Of a stretch of DNA of 64,000 bases, positions 1 to 12,739 are shown piece after piece. The notes under the pieces were generated by a model. That model was not told the DNA's origin and did not search any database. It worked only from the letters and a program-made list of their open reading frames with translations. Numbering within the stretch: the stretch's first letter is position 1; each line of letters begins with the position of its first letter. Source of the stretch: Podospora anserina. Its lineage: Eukaryota. The stretch covers positions 2,914,001 to 2,978,000 of the forward strand of contig CM030337.1 in assembly GCA_017654855.1 (NCBI GenBank), written 5' to 3'. The translations under genes and the position numbers were made by a program.

Positions 1-580
1 CACCGGAAATGTACGCTGATTCATGAATATACCAGTACCCGTAGTCTCCCGCAGAGATATACCCCGTAGCAACACTCAACCCGATGATCACGGCCGAAAC
101 CGCAACAGCAAAGAGCATCAGCCCAATCTTGACCTTGTGCCACTTGGGGTTGTGCGGGATCTCATAAGGGACTTCATCCTCCTCGCGCCGGGCGTCGTAT
201 GTTCCAAACACCGGCTGCAGATGGGCCGTTGGATGAGGGCCTGGGAGCGTGTCGAACCGTACAGCACCGCCCGATGGCTGCCCACCTTTTTGCGTCTCCT
301 GGTGGGTTGGCGAGGGTGCTGGGTTGGCATCGTTTACCTCCGTCTGTTGCTGTTGACTGGCCTCGGGAACGTTCTCCTGTTGCTGTTGACTGCCCTCAGG
401 AACGCTCTCCTGCTGCTGTTGACCGGCATCGCTAACATCCCTCTGCTGCGGTTGACTGGCCTCAGGAACAGCCTCGGCAACAGCCTCAACAACCCCTTGC
501 TTCTTTTGCTCAGTCCCAGCCTCGGCTTTGGGCTCCTCCGGTTTTGGCTGTGCAGCCGCGCTGTCGTCGCCTGCCATCAT
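1..580 (-). CDS. Hypothetical membrane protein, 5' part (runs off the window)
   Basis: ATG at 580 opens MMAGDDSAAAQPKPEE..., with about 30-bp repeats encoding VPEASQQQQ-like units and then a hydrophobic helix (KIGLMLFAVAVSAVIIGLSVA). The frame stays open to position 1. Confidence 0.6.
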   Translation of the reverse strand, partial: MMAGDDSAAAQPKPEEPKAEAGTEQKKQGVVEAVAEAVPEASQPQQRDVSDAGQQQQESVPEGSQQQQENVPEASQQQQTEVNDANPAPSPTHQETQKGGQPSGGAVRFDTLPGPHPTAHLQPVFGTYDARREEDEVPYEIPHNPKWHKVKIGLMLFAVAVSAVIIGLSVATGYISAGDYGYWYIHESAYISG

Positions 581-1296
581 CCAGCCCGTCCGTCCTTTCT
601 ATTTCCGATAAGCGCTGATAAGTACCTCAGTCGTGGGCGCGAGTTGATGGCCCGGATGTTACTCGGTAAATATCAAGCTCAAGGCGCGATATGATGTCGC
701 GCAAACACTCAGTTGGGACTCATAGGGGAAAAAACGAGCGCGATTGACGAGAGAAATCCCATCAATGAAGAGAGAGGGGAAACAAGTGGAACGAACCACC
801 AGCGACGACGACGTCGTCTATTTAAAATTGCTTTCCAGGCATCACTCTGGACCTTAGGGCCGCCCCCTGGCTGTTGGTGCAGACCACAGGGGTTAGCTGT
901 CGCTTGGCATTGGTTCGCGGTGGAACGAGGGGACCGCCAAGAGCTCCGTTTTGTGATGTTTTGGGGAATTTTGGTCAGTGCTTGTGAGGAAATAACGAGA
1001 TGCATGGGACTTGTGTAGGGTGCTACTCCGTAATAAACCCTCCAGTGACTCAACGAAGCCTGTTGGAAATGCTGTAGTTGCCTTGCTTGGTGATTCATGT
1101 CACTGATTTCGTCCACCGTGCGGCGTCCGTTGGAGGCAAAGTTCCTGCTTCACTCTTCCGCAGTGAAAATATCAACTTGGCCGTGCCTGTTGGGTATGGG
1201 GTATCATGTTCATAAAAGGGAAGCTGTCAGTACTATTACCAAAGATTTGACACGAAATCGCGCCGTGCTTGAACCTCTTTTGCCTTTTAACACTTT

Positions 1297-1998
1297 TTAC
1301 TCCCGCTGTAAAACAACCACCAAGCCCATTATCCCGAGCATCACCGTCTTCATCCATGGGTGCTCAGACAGCATGATGGTGACATAGCCGACGAAAGGCA
1401 TATATCCAACAACGCTCCTGCTTCAATGTTAGCATCCGCCCAGAAAGACCAATGCTGGTCACTAAGTAGGAGCAACGCACCCAATAATATCTTCCCTAAC
1501 CAGGTAGTTTTGCCCGGGGGCGTAGAGCTTCGTGTCGTCGGAATCGTTGTTGTCTCCCTTGGTCAAGAGCTTTGCAGTCGGCCTAGAATACCACCTGTCA
1601 ATCACAAATCCCCATAAACAGCCACCACTGCCGCGGAATAACGAACCCAGTGCCAAACTTGCTGATAACCCTGTGCACGATTGGGATATCTTTATCCCTC
1701 ACGTTGTACACCACCACCTCGCCCACGCTCGTTTCGGTAAACAGATTTCGGTTCCAGAGCAGAAGCAGGTCTCCTCTTTGGAAGGCAGGCTCCATGCTGC
1801 CGGAGAGGACGACGACGATCGGAGAGGGGGAATCGCTGATGACGGAGAGACCTTTCCACATCTATTATTCATTTTGTTAGCTGGCCTACTCGGGGAGCTG
1901 GTTGGCAGGGAACGCACCATAAAAGCCGTGGACAGTATCAGGCCAAAGTTCATGAGCTGGGCGGCGGCCTGCCGCGGGTTTCCTAAGGCTGATAACAT
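1297..1998 (-). CDS. SEC11: Signal peptidase complex catalytic subunit SEC11 (4 exons)
   Basis: Spliced product has [34 protein letters not shown] and [18 protein letters not shown], ending VVVLQRE* (stop 1297-1299). Three GT-AG introns are inferred. Confidence 0.95.
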
Positions 1999-2846
1999 GT
2001 CTGCGGTATATGGGGAGATTGGTGTGTGAGGTGCAGCCGGCAGGAGACGTCCGTTGCTGCGGCTTGGGAAGAGCTGTCTTGAATTCCAGGAGATCGAATG
2101 GCTGATGGGCGCGGAGACCACGGTGTCGAATTGGCAGTTTGTGATTGGAGCGTAATGCAAATAGTGGGGCCGCTTTTTGTGGGTCATTGACTTTCTGAGA
2201 TCCTTTTGTGGTTTTGGAGATGTTCAACTTTTGGAGACCATTATACTGTTCTTGACTTCCATAAGCACCGGCTAGCAATGTGTTTGCATCTACATGAGAG
2301 TTATGCTTTTCTTCAGAACCACTGACTGGAAGCGTCCAAGTCAACTCTCTCTTGGTAGCTACGTCTGTCTCGAGACGATTTCGCTCCAGTCGTTTGACAC
2401 CTTCCTTCCATGTTGAACGTAGCCTTCAAGGCAAGTAAGTGCCTGATGGCTATTCTGGTCCACGTCACGGGCCCGGTTCATCGGGATCGTGTTTGCAGCT
2501 GCCTCCCGTCTTGTTATCTCTCACAGCTCAAGCTCTCTTGCTCATACCTTCCAACCGGCCTGCGGATGGTCTGAGTTGATGAAGGCGTGCCTGCCTTATT
2601 GATGTCTTTCAGACTCAGACCCTCAACTTCTCCTCTGTTCTTACAACCAGGCCACCTCTCTCTCTCTTCTATCCTTCGATCCTCTAAGATTCGACATCTC
2701 CCTCAACAGGTCTTTTGGTTGTCAGTTGTTTTATAGCCATTGCTTCTCGCTCTTTGCTCAATCTGTTTACACAAAGCTCACGCAGAGCCCATCTGCCCAC
2801 GCTGCCTTCGCATCTCTAAAACACCGTCTCTTTGAGTACGGCCAGA

Positions 2847-4000
2847 ATGTCTACCGAAGAGCGAGCTCCGCTCTTGTCGACTCGCCAAGGTCTTCCTGTG
2901 GCCAACAGCTCCTCAACCGTTCAGGACCATCCCATCTTTCTTCGAGTTTGCCATTCCCCATGGCCATGGGTTAGCCAAAGCTGTTTGGTGTACCTTCGCG
3001 GTCTCATCTTCTGCTACCTCACTGGCCTCGCCGGCATGCTCTTGCGCTACAAGTTTCACCACGAATATCCCCACAATGAGGGAAAGCCCAATTGGCATAT
3101 CTTCTTCGAATTTGCCTCAATGGCCTATCTCCTTTTCTGGTTTTATCACCTCATTACCTTTGTGAGTCGGTCCTCCGAGTAGCTATCCAAGGAACGGTCG
3201 CTGACGTCTTTGGTCTTTTGCAGTGTTGGAGCTTTACCCATCTCTTTTTCCCCGACGTCGACGAGGATGACAACAGCTGGGAATCTGTGCTTTTGTGCAA
3301 GATGTCTCCACCTCTTCAGACACCAAAGTCGCGCAAGCGCTTGTACTTCAGCATCTTCTACACCATCTCCCATGTGTTTGTCTTTATGAACACGCTCATT
3401 TACTGGTGCATCTTGGTGCCGAAGGGGTACGGTCACCTTCCCAAGGGCAAGGAAGGCGAGCCGGTCTCGGATTCAACTTGTGAGTGACGTTTGGTTCAAC
3501 GGACCGTTTGGTTGGGAATTTACTCATGAGACAATAGGGAAGGATTTCTGGGGCCACGGATGGTTTGAGCCGTTCTGCATTCTTAATCTCTACCTGGCTA
3601 CCTCGCTCATTGCCCTCTTCGAGATCTTTGTCTTGAATAGCATCAAGCGCCAGGTCCCTGTTCCTGCGCACGTTATCGCGACGGTATTCTTTCTCTCGGC
3701 TTACCTTGGCTGGGCCGCTTTCGGCAAGTGGTTCACCGGCTTGTATCCATTCTTCTGGATGGATCCCGAGATCATGAAGAAGACCGAGTACATTGCGTCG
3801 TATGTTGCAGGATTCTTGTGCCTTGGACCTGCAGGTGAGCAGCCATTTGCAGCAATTTCATGGTTCGAACTATGCTGACATCATGAACCACAGTCTTCGC
3901 CTTCATGTATGGACTCATTGGCATGCGCGAGAACATGACTCAAAAGGATGACGGGGACAAGAAGCAGCCTGCCCACAACAGGTCGCTCTTGGACGAGTAA
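2847..4000 (+). CDS. Multi-pass membrane protein, FAR-17a/AIG1-like (4 exons)
   Basis: MSTEERAPLL start, several hydrophobic helices, motifs LIYWCILVP and GLYPFFWMD, introns near 3162-3223, 3480-3537 and 3835-3892. The family call is by recall only. Confidence 0.6.
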
Positions 4001-5516
4001 ACAAGGCGACAAGGCGACATATCGGACCAAGTCAATTTCTGTTGGTGAAGGAGGGGTGACTCATGTGAGGGGAGGTGGTGTTTGACATGCATCGTTATGT
4101 TCTTGATGGAAGATTGGTATTGTCATGACTGATGCGGGGGATCCTGTCCGGTAGTGTACACTAACGCAAGTTGAAACAATAGAGGCAATCATTGACTTCA
4201 GTTCTCATGACTTGCAGTTTCTTTGCACCGGCAACGCTCCAAATCGTGAGGCTGACAGGGGTAGTTTGATGTGGAAGCTCACCAAGGGAGCCCTGGCCGG
4301 CGTGCCGGCCAAGAGGGGCGGCCCGCCGCTCCATTCTTGTCTTAAAAATGGCCCCACCTTCCCACCACAGTGGTTCGTGTGGGGTAAGCTTGGTTCCCCT
4401 TGACCAGTCAACCGCCCTGCTGCCCTTTTCCCATCAACCTCACCCGAAGATGGAAGCTGTGCGGATACCGCCAGTTCAGTCAGGTCGAAGTGCAGGACTC
4501 TCCATCACGGCCCAATGGGAGGAGACACTCATTGGGAGATGGATGTGCCGCGTGGCTAGTGTGACTCGATCTATGGGTCTTTGATGGACCTATACCAGGT
4601 ACCACCCCCCCATACCGAGGTGTGTGTGTCTGTCCGGGAGACGATATCACGGGCGTGCACGCACACAATTCTGTCAGAAGCAAGTGTCCGCCGAGACCTC
4701 CCGGGTTGTGCAGAGGAGAGCAAGCGCCGGCAGGTGAGGCTGTGCCGTGAAACCGATTCTTGCTTCGCTGTCACTGGAGGGTTGCTGAACACGTGCCCCG
4801 CAGAGGCAAAAACCATGCTGCACAATTGGACCTGTTGGAATCGTTCCCAAACTTTCCTAGAGGATGCATATACAATGGCAAAACATTTCATTTGTCCGTT
4901 TATATCAATCCAATGGAGAATACAGGACTGCTTAGCTAACTCTGCAACAATAGTTGAGCTGTTGTGATGGAAGTTCATGGACGGATGGAGCTACCCCTCA
5001 TCTGAAGTGCCACAGTGCAAACCCCTGCTCGAAAAACCCACAACCAGGGCCGCCTTGCACGCTAAATTCACAACGGCCATGTCTTCAGGGCTGACGACGA
5101 CCGCGGCAATGTTGAAATCGAGAAGGTATCGCAAGATGCCGCGCAAGAGATCAATTGCGTACGAGCAATGTGTCACTCGGATGCCAGATAGTGACGATGC
5201 CTGAGGCAGCTCGTCGACGACACCTGCTATCCGTCCATTCATAAGTGACAGCACAAGAACAGCTGCAGCCGGCCCCCAGCCCTGCTTGTTTTTCTTGTCG
5301 ATCATGGATTATTCCCAGGCACACACCTCTCTTTGTATCACCCCCACCTCCTGCATATAAATACTTTCCCACCCCCCGCAGCTTTTGCATCCGTTTCCTC
5401 TTTTCCTCCCCCCCCCCCTCTTCACACAACCAACGGGTCGCAAAGCTCTCTGGAGTCTTTCTGGAGTTCTCTCTTCAGGACCTCTCCGCCCCCGGACCCT
5501 GTCAATCGTTTTTGTG

Positions 5517-5543
5517 CCTCTCTCTCTCTCTCTCTCTCTCTCT
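5517..5543. repeat. (CT)n microsatellite
   Basis: Pure CT run upstream of the BTB gene. Confidence 0.9.
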
Positions 5544-5815
5544 CCCCCCCCTCACTCTTTTTTCTCTTGCTTTTCCTTCGGGCCTTCATTCATTATTTTC
5601 GTCACTCTCTGAGAACATACATGGAAACTAGACAGTTGCAGTAATTCAGACATTAGTCTGACTTGTCTTTTGCTGTCTTTTTGCCTCATCCCGCACGCCT
5701 CGAGTCTTTATCGAACCGAAACCATACCATCATCACCGCTGTCACCACCACTCCCATCACCTCCTCTACCGCTATCAGCTTCGCCATAACCCGAAACAAC
5801 AACACAACCGCCAAC

Positions 5816-6811
5816 ATGTTCAAGCGTTCTTTCCGAAGCCGTGAGACCAGCAACTCCCAGCGGGAGGCTGCCTCAACGACGATGGATTCACAACACCGCG
5901 TGGGCAAGGCCGCGAGGCTGATGAGGAAGGGCTCCGTGCGGGATGCCCAAAAAGTGTCGAAATTGCAACGGTCGCTCAATAACAACGAGGAGACCTCGCG
6001 TACACAGAGTGTGCAGACGAGGCTCAACGACAAGTCTCTTGCCCCTTCACCCATCGTCACCCTGGTGGTGGGCGCAGAGGCACGGCTGTTTGCAGCGCAC
6101 GAAGATGTGCTCTGCCAGTCGCCCTTTTTCGAGAGGGTGATTCGGAGCAACTTCACCGATGCGCAGAATAGAAGGATCTCCCTCCCGGACGAGGAGCCAG
6201 AGGTCTTCAGCGGAATCCTCGAATATCTCTACAAGGGCGACTATTACCCCCGCTTGTTGCACAACAAGCAGCGCAACTCTTGGGAGCTCGAGGACTCGCT
6301 TCCCCGTCGGGTCACCCCCCAAACCTCCCCGACGATCAACGACTCACCTAAATTCGGAGGTGGCCGCGCAGGCCAAACCCCCCAGACCCCTGCGGCTGTC
6401 GAGGCGACCGTGTTCCTCTCGGGCATCGGCCAGCACATCCTTCGCGACACGGCCATCTACTGCGCTGCTGATCGCTTTGGGCTGGAGGAGCTCAAGAGGC
6501 TGGCGCTGCGGAAGCAAGGATTGCAGGCCGGCATCGACGTCGGCACCATCCTCCGCAGCGCGCAGTACTGCTACGCCAACACGCCCGACTCAGACAGCCG
6601 TCTGCGCGCCCATTACCTAGCACTCATCATCCGGTGCCGCAAGACCTTTAAGCGCAGTGGCACCATGCAGGCCGAGATGGAGAAGTGCGGCAGCGACAAC
6701 GTGTACGGCGAGGGAAGTGGGAAGTTGTTCTTTGATCTGTTTGTTGCCATGTGCAACCACCTCGACGACGTCATCGATGCGAGCAACGCGCGGACCCCCA
6801 AGACGATCTAA
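5816..6811 (+). CDS. BTB/POZ domain protein
   Basis: IVTLVVG..RLFAAHEDVLCQSPFF...ISLPDEEPEVFSGILEYLYKGDY is a typical fungal BTB domain. Likely ATG at 5816. Confidence 0.9.
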   Translation: MFKRSFRSRETSNSQREAASTTMDSQHRVGKAARLMRKGSVRDAQKVSKLQRSLNNNEETSRTQSVQTRLNDKSLAPSPIVTLVVGAEARLFAAHEDVLCQSPFFERVIRSNFTDAQNRRISLPDEEPEVFSGILEYLYKGDYYPRLLHNKQRNSWELEDSLPRRVTPQTSPTINDSPKFGGGRAGQTPQTPAAVEATVFLSGIGQHILRDTAIYCAADRFGLEELKRLALRKQGLQAGIDVGTILRSAQYCYANTPDSDSRLRAHYLALIIRCRKTFKRSGTMQAEMEKCGSDNVYGEGSGKLFFDLFVAMCNHLDDVIDASNARTPKTI

Positions 6812-8407
6812 GAGGGTGAACTGAATGAACCTTGCACGCGTGGAAGGCAGCAGACAGATATCTGGCGTTACCAAAGCATGACAAGGAGGAATCTCTATAC
6901 AAAGGGCAGGAAGCTGAATATTTGGATTGCGCATGTCGAGGGGATTTGACCGTGATGGGCTTGCGTCTTCTTTTTGCTCTTACTCAACATCCGGCGTTTT
7001 GGGTCTTTCTCATCCACATCTCCCAGATCTTCACATCAGATTGGAAACACCATTTGGGAGACATTTCATTCACACTGAAATCTCTTCACTTCTTACAAGG
7101 TTGGCCGACCAATTCCCTATTTTTGATGTACAAGATTTGCGAAGTGAGGGGGCCTAATGCCGATACACGATGTGAGTGTGGTTGCAAAGAGAGGAGACAT
7201 TGCCGCAGCTCACAAAACCCTTCCCCTCTGCTCTCTGAATCTTCTTCTTTGCTTTGATTTCTCTTGCTTTTTGGAGCGTCGGGCTGTTTTTGGGACTTGT
7301 TTTTTTTGGTTTCTGATATCTCTGGAGTGTTTCCAGTTGGCTGGGGGAGCTAGTCTTCTCTGGTCGATCGATTCACATCCGGAGAGAGCAGGGACTTTGT
7401 TGCAGGTGTTTTAAGAACAGGAAGCCTTTTCTCATCGATACCCTCACCGTCAATTTCGTCTTTTCATGATGGAAACAAACAAAAACACGTCTTTGCCGCA
7501 CACACACTCATCTCACACACTGAGAAAACCACACAAAAAAAAGTCAACCCCCCCCCCCCACCCCCAAAACCATGGATTGTGTACTATTTTTTCTGTCTCA
7601 TTTCCAGCTTGCTGGACTTGACGACGAAGACGACAATTTTTTATTTTTATTTTTTTTTTGCTCTTTTCAATTCCGGGACCACGGAAACGGAACGGAACGG
7701 CCAATCTCAACTTTACGCAGCGTCACACAAATTGTGGACGTCTCCAACACCACTCTCAGATTGAACAACAATACCCGGGGTTTTAGCTTGGATCTATTCG
7801 CAAACCCCAATGTGCATTTTTATGAGCAGCAAAAAAAGAAACATATCCACGACAAAAAAAGAGAAACACAAACCACAACAACAATTTCTATTTCTTTTGT
7901 CTTTTTGTTTGCAACAAATCGACAGCGTTTACCACAATCAGGATGATCATGGTTGGGGAGGGAGGGATTGGGTGGAGCTTTTCCGGTGTTTTGCTTGCCT
8001 GCATGGATTGCCGGTAATTTTTTTTTACATCTTGCTGGACTTGAGGAAAAAGAAGAAGGATATACATTCACTTGTATCTCTTTACTTGTCACGAAACTTT
8101 TTTTGATGATGATACGTAACGAATCTTCTTTTTTTTGGTCAATTTTGAGGAGGAGCCTTGTTTTATGCACAGACAGGGCTTGCCAGAAAAAACATAACAG
8201 CACACCTTGAGTCCTAGCGATGATGGCTTAAAGGGTCAGATTAGGATTTTAATGGGAGACGAAAAAGAGTCGGCCACCTCAGATATTTGTTCCCTTGCTT
8301 TGGTGCTGTGACGTGATGAGGTGTTTGGTTCATACTGCCAGAGGACCAAACCGCCTTCACCCCTTTACCCCCTTACGCCCCACCTTCACCATATCATCCA
8401 CAGCTCT

Positions 8408-9055
8408 CTACTCCTTCCACTTAACGTCCATCTCCTTCACCTCAGCCACCAACTCCCCCAATTCCCCCTTTGCCGGTCTCGCCGCCATAGCCTCGACTTT
8501 CACCGTCCAGCTTTCCACGTCAGCGAGCCCATAAACCCAGCAAATCTCCCTCACGGGGACCTTGGTCCCATCACTGAGGACTTGGTAGACCCAGAGGGAC
8601 ACCCCGTTATCGTCTCCCTCTTTTTGGATCGAGATTGTCGTCCAGGGGGTGGAGGTGTCGGGGTCGGGGGTGAGGGCGGAGACGGACCAGTCGGCCCAGT
8701 TGTCGCAGGAGACTACCGAGAGGCGGGGGGAGGAGTTGTAGTATTCGATGCCGGCTTTGATCCACTTTTTGAGGGAGGGGGAGGAAGGCGAGGAAAAGGT
8801 GAGGAGGAGGCCGGATTGGTCGTATTGGTGGTTGTAGGGGAGGCGGAAGGTTAGGGTTGTGGAGAGGAAGAGGGGGAGGGGGGAGGAGGGGGTTAGGTGG
8901 GAGGGGGTGGATGTTGGTGCTGGAGGGGGTTAGCGAGGTGGTGTTGGAGGGGTGGGAGAAAAAGGGGAGGTACCGTTGAAGATGTCTTTGGAGGGGGGCT
9001 TGCGCCAGATGTCGGTTGCTGGGGGGGCGCGGATGGTGAAGGGTGAGGAGGACAT
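8408..9055 (-). CDS. DUF1349/Ree1-like beta-sandwich protein (probably one intron)
   Basis: MSSSPFTIRAPPATDIWRKPP, then DQSGLLL, KWIKAGIEYYN, SVVSCDNWADWS and VREICW, which are motifs typical of fungal DUF1349 proteins. Confidence 0.75.
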
Positions 9056-10231
9056 TTTGAGGTTTTACGGAGGTGGGTTGATGATGGATGATGGGATGTC
9101 AAAGGAGTGAGAGTGAGCAAAGATATTTATACTGAAGCATGGACTGAGGCATAGCTACATGAATACGAGAAAAGGGGACGTTAAACGCTGCTGCTGCAAA
9201 ACATCACGACATGTGGTCACTCGAGTCGCTGAGGCGCACCACAGCGGGGTCTGCTGCCCGGTGGAAGGAAGCGGGGCGGCTTCTCACCTGCCGGATTTGC
9301 ATTTGAGCACGGCATTTGCGACGTTGCTGCTGTCGGAGTTTCTCAGCTGAGACAGGCCCGAATTGGCAGTTCCGCCTGGTGGTGGGTACAACATCAAGGT
9401 TGTTGGTACCTGTGGCAGTGTGGAAAGCCAAACATCGAAGAAGGAGGGCCGGCCCGTAATCCCCAGGGTCGCTGGCAGTCGAATGGACGGTGACGAAGTG
9501 AATTGAGGACGGGTGGGCGCAGGCAATCAACGGCTTGAGGGCAGACTGAGATGGCGGGTTGGCAGCGAGAGAGCTGAAAATGTTTGAATTGCAGGGCACT
9601 AGGCAAATCTACCAGTCTTTTGTTGAACGCCGTCATTTGTCCATCGATGGGCCGAATGCAAAGCTCGCAAAAAAGTGTTTGGAGCCGTGTTCGAATCCTG
9701 ACGTTCGTACCCCTGTCAGACTGCTGACTCACCCAGTGGCCCAAGCTTTCCACCGACTTTTTTGGCAGAGCCCTCAACACCCCGCTTGACCATTCGCCCA
9801 GTTTTGCAAAATTCAATCCCCACACACAGTTCTCACCTCGCAGAACTCTTTTCCCGCACCAGTATCACCGCCCTTGGCCAGGAATTCTATCCAATCGTGT
9901 TACACCCCTTTCCCCCCTTATTCTCATCTTTCACGGAAGAGTTGGCCTGAGGGCATCACCATCTCCTGCGAGTTGCCAGCTTTGAAATCGCGATTCTGCA
10001 GTCTCTCCTGGCAGAGGAGCCCCGCCAAAGCTGTTTCTGGTGGGCGACGAACGCGTCGGCTGCTTTGCTTGTCTCTCTGCAACCTTGAGACTTGCTGCCG
10101 GCCATCAATCTTCACCACCAACTCATCTCTCACGGCTCTCACAACAGCCAACCATCCACCGCCACCCCCTTTTCTCTTCTCTCAACAAGAACAACACGAT
10201 TTTAGACGGACAACAAGCCAAACCAGCAATC

Positions 10232-12739
10232 ATGCCGCCCAAACCCAAGAACAAACGCTCGAATCGCGTTGGTCGTATCATGGACAACACGGACCGCAGG
10301 AGACAGCTGTCCGTCGCCCCGTCTCCCTCACCTGCCCCCGCGGCGGCTCAGGCGAAGGGCTCTTCAAGCAGTTCGGAAAAATGCAGAAACTGCGGTAGCA
10401 CAGACATCCAAGAAGGAGCTTGCGCGGACTGCGGTTTGGTCCTCCGCGAACACGACATCGTCGCCGAGATCACCTTCGGCGAGACTTCCAACGGAGCTGC
10501 CACAGTCCAAGGTAGCTATCTCGGTGCAAACCAGGGTGGCGTCCGCCCAACCGGGATGGGACTCTCCTTTCGTCGGGTTCCCGGCGCTGGCCTCAAGGAA
10601 GCTCGTGAGCGCGCCGAGAGAGAGACCAGGGATCTCTGCAGCCAGATGGTTCACCAGCTTTCTGTGCCTCTTGATGTTGCAGACACAGCTATGGACATCT
10701 ACAGGGAAGCTGTTCGTGCCAGTTACGTCAAGGGCCGCCGCAAGCACAACGTCGCCGCTGTTTGCATGTATGCCGCCTGCCGCCTTGCAAATCAGAAACA
10801 GATCATGCTCCTCGATCTGGCCGACATCGTCAAGACAGATGTGTTCCTTCTTGGTCGCAACTACAAAGAGCTCATGAGACGGCTTCCCACATTCGACACT
10901 GGATACGACCCTCTCACACTGGAGAATCTGATCTTTCGTTTCGCCGCCAAGCTAGAGTTCCTCCATGACACCAACAAGGTCGCCAACTCGGCACTTCGCA
11001 TCGCCCACCGCATGGTCAAAGACAATATCAGCATTGGTCGCCGGCCCGCGGGTATCTCTGGCGCTGCTATCATCATGGCTGCTCGCGCGCACAACTTCCG
11101 GCGCACTGTTCGGGAGGTGGTTTACGTCGCCAAGGTCACGATGGCCACTTTGCAGGAACGCATGTCCGAATTCGCCGCCGTCCCCGCTGCCAGTCTCAGC
11201 ATCAGGCAGTTTATGCAAGGTGACGAGATGCACCCCGAGGCTTCTCATGATCCCCCTGTTGTCTACAAGCAGTCCAGGGAGTGGCTCGAGAAGCACCTCA
11301 AGAGAGCCAGAAAGAGGAAGGCCTCGGACAACAGCCCAGAAGATCCCCAAGAGCCTGACCAGCAAAGCGCTCCCAAGCGTCAGAGAACTTCTGCTGATGC
11401 TGACACGCCGGACTCGGAAGCTGAGGAAGCTTCAGCTCCCCACGTGGACAGTGACGGTTTCGTGATCCCGCCCAACCCCAATGAACAACCCAAGAAGAAG
11501 CAGCTTTTGACCGATCATGAAGGCGCTCTCCTGATTGGTGGTTTGGGGGCGCCCGAGGACGGATTGGAGGAAGAGGAAGTGGAGGCGTTGCACCGGGAGT
11601 TTTACGAAGATGAGAATCGGAACAGCCACGAGTACGATGCGAGCAGCGAGATGGCGATGGCTCAACAGCAAGGCATTGCTATTCCGGGTATGAAGGTGAC
11701 GATCAAGCCCAGAGCTGGTTCCACTCCGGCTGTCAATGGCGCCCCCATCAGCGATGGGAACGCAACGAAGGGCGTCCAGGAGGAGCCCGCGCAAGGCAAG
11801 CGGGCGAAACCCACGCTTGCTATCGACTTCGACAGCCAGGATGATAATATTGAGGCAGACATGGAGGGACTTATCGAGGATCCGGCCATTGCCCGCGTCG
11901 TTGAAGAGGTCACCCGCCTGGAACAGCAGCTCGAGAAACAGCCGGCCATTCAGGTGTCCAAGGCGATTCTAGACGAAGAGACCCCAGCTGCAGAGACTTC
12001 TACCCAGGAGGCTCCTGCTGTCGTGAATGAGCAGCCCGGCGAAGCTCCGCTCAACACACCTTCCAACGAGGAAGCCGAGGCCAGCACTTCACCTGCCGCC
12101 TCTGCCTCCAACTCGCTTGCTGCCGATCCTCTTCTGGACCCGATTATACGGGAGGACGAGTTTGAGGATGACCCCGAGGTCATGTTCTGCCGCTTGTCCG
12201 AGGAAGATAGCAAGGTCAAGTCCCAAATTTGGTATAACCAAAACAAGGACTGGCTTCGCCAGCTGCAGCAAAAGACGTTTGAGGCAAAGGTAGCGAGAAA
12301 CAAGCCTAAGAAGAAGAGCCAGGGGAAAAAGGCTCGCATTGGAGAGGGTCAATCCGGGCCTGCTGCTTCGGCGTCGGAGGCTATGTCACAGATGCTTGCC
12401 AACCGCGCGCTCGTGATCAGCACAAAGCTCAATTACGGCAACATGGACACTCTCTTTAGCCTCAATCAGGGGGGTCCTGGCTCTGCTGGTACCCAAAGTG
12501 GCATGCCGAGTGCCGCCGCCAGCAACAATGGAGCAGGGGATGATGAAGAGATGCCCGACGATCCGGCTCCGGCTCAGGCTGCGGGTGATGAGGATCACGA
12601 CACCGCCGCTGCGTACGAGGAAGAGGGTGTCGAGGAGGATTACCCACACCATGAGGAGGAGACTTATGAGCAGGAGGACGACGAGGGTGATTATGATCAG
12701 GGAGGCCACGGGCCTGGGTTCAATCCCTGGGATGAATAA
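10232..12739 (+). CDS. BRF1: Transcription factor IIIB subunit Brf1
   Basis: Zn ribbon (CRNCGS...CADCG), IVAEITFGETSNGAATVQG, cyclin folds with GRRPAGISGAAIIMAARAHNFRRTVREVVYV, and a C-terminal KSQIWYNQNKDWL block. Confidence 0.95.
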   Translation: MPPKPKNKRSNRVGRIMDNTDRRRQLSVAPSPSPAPAAAQAKGSSSSSEKCRNCGSTDIQEGACADCGLVLREHDIVAEITFGETSNGAATVQGSYLGANQGGVRPTGMGLSFRRVPGAGLKEARERAERETRDLCSQMVHQLSVPLDVADTAMDIYREAVRASYVKGRRKHNVAAVCMYAACRLANQKQIMLLDLADIVKTDVFLLGRNYKELMRRLPTFDTGYDPLTLENLIFRFAAKLEFLHDTNKVANSALRIAHRMVKDNISIGRRPAGISGAAIIMAARAHNFRRTVREVVYVAKVTMATLQERMSEFAAVPAASLSIRQFMQGDEMHPEASHDPPVVYKQSREWLEKHLKRARKRKASDNSPEDPQEPDQQSAPKRQRTSADADTPDSEAEEASAPHVDSDGFVIPPNPNEQPKKKQLLTDHEGALLIGGLGAPEDGLEEEEVEALHREFYEDENRNSHEYDASSEMAMAQQQGIAIPGMKVTIKPRAGSTPAVNGAPISDGNATKGVQEEPAQGKRAKPTLAIDFDSQDDNIEADMEGLIEDPAIARVVEEVTRLEQQLEKQPAIQVSKAILDEETPAAETSTQEAPAVVNEQPGEAPLNTPSNEEAEASTSPAASASNSLAADPLLDPIIREDEFEDDPEVMFCRLSEEDSKVKSQIWYNQNKDWLRQLQQKTFEAKVARNKPKKKSQGKKARIGEGQSGPAASASEAMSQMLANRALVISTKLNYGNMDTLFSLNQGGPGSAGTQSGMPSAAASNNGAGDDEEMPDDPAPAQAAGDEDHDTAAAYEEEGVEEDYPHHEEETYEQEDDEGDYDQGGHGPGFNPWDE

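Noticed and set aside
23-694. 223-aa plus-strand ORF
   Set aside because: Antisense shadow of the minus-strand gene starting at 580; its Leu runs mirror the Gln repeats.
7440-8300. Possible snoRNA or small-peptide locus in a poly-A/poly-T region (TTGCTGGACTTGA occurs twice)
   Set aside because: No convincing C/D box pair with a terminal stem and no credible ORF; low complexity explains the matches.
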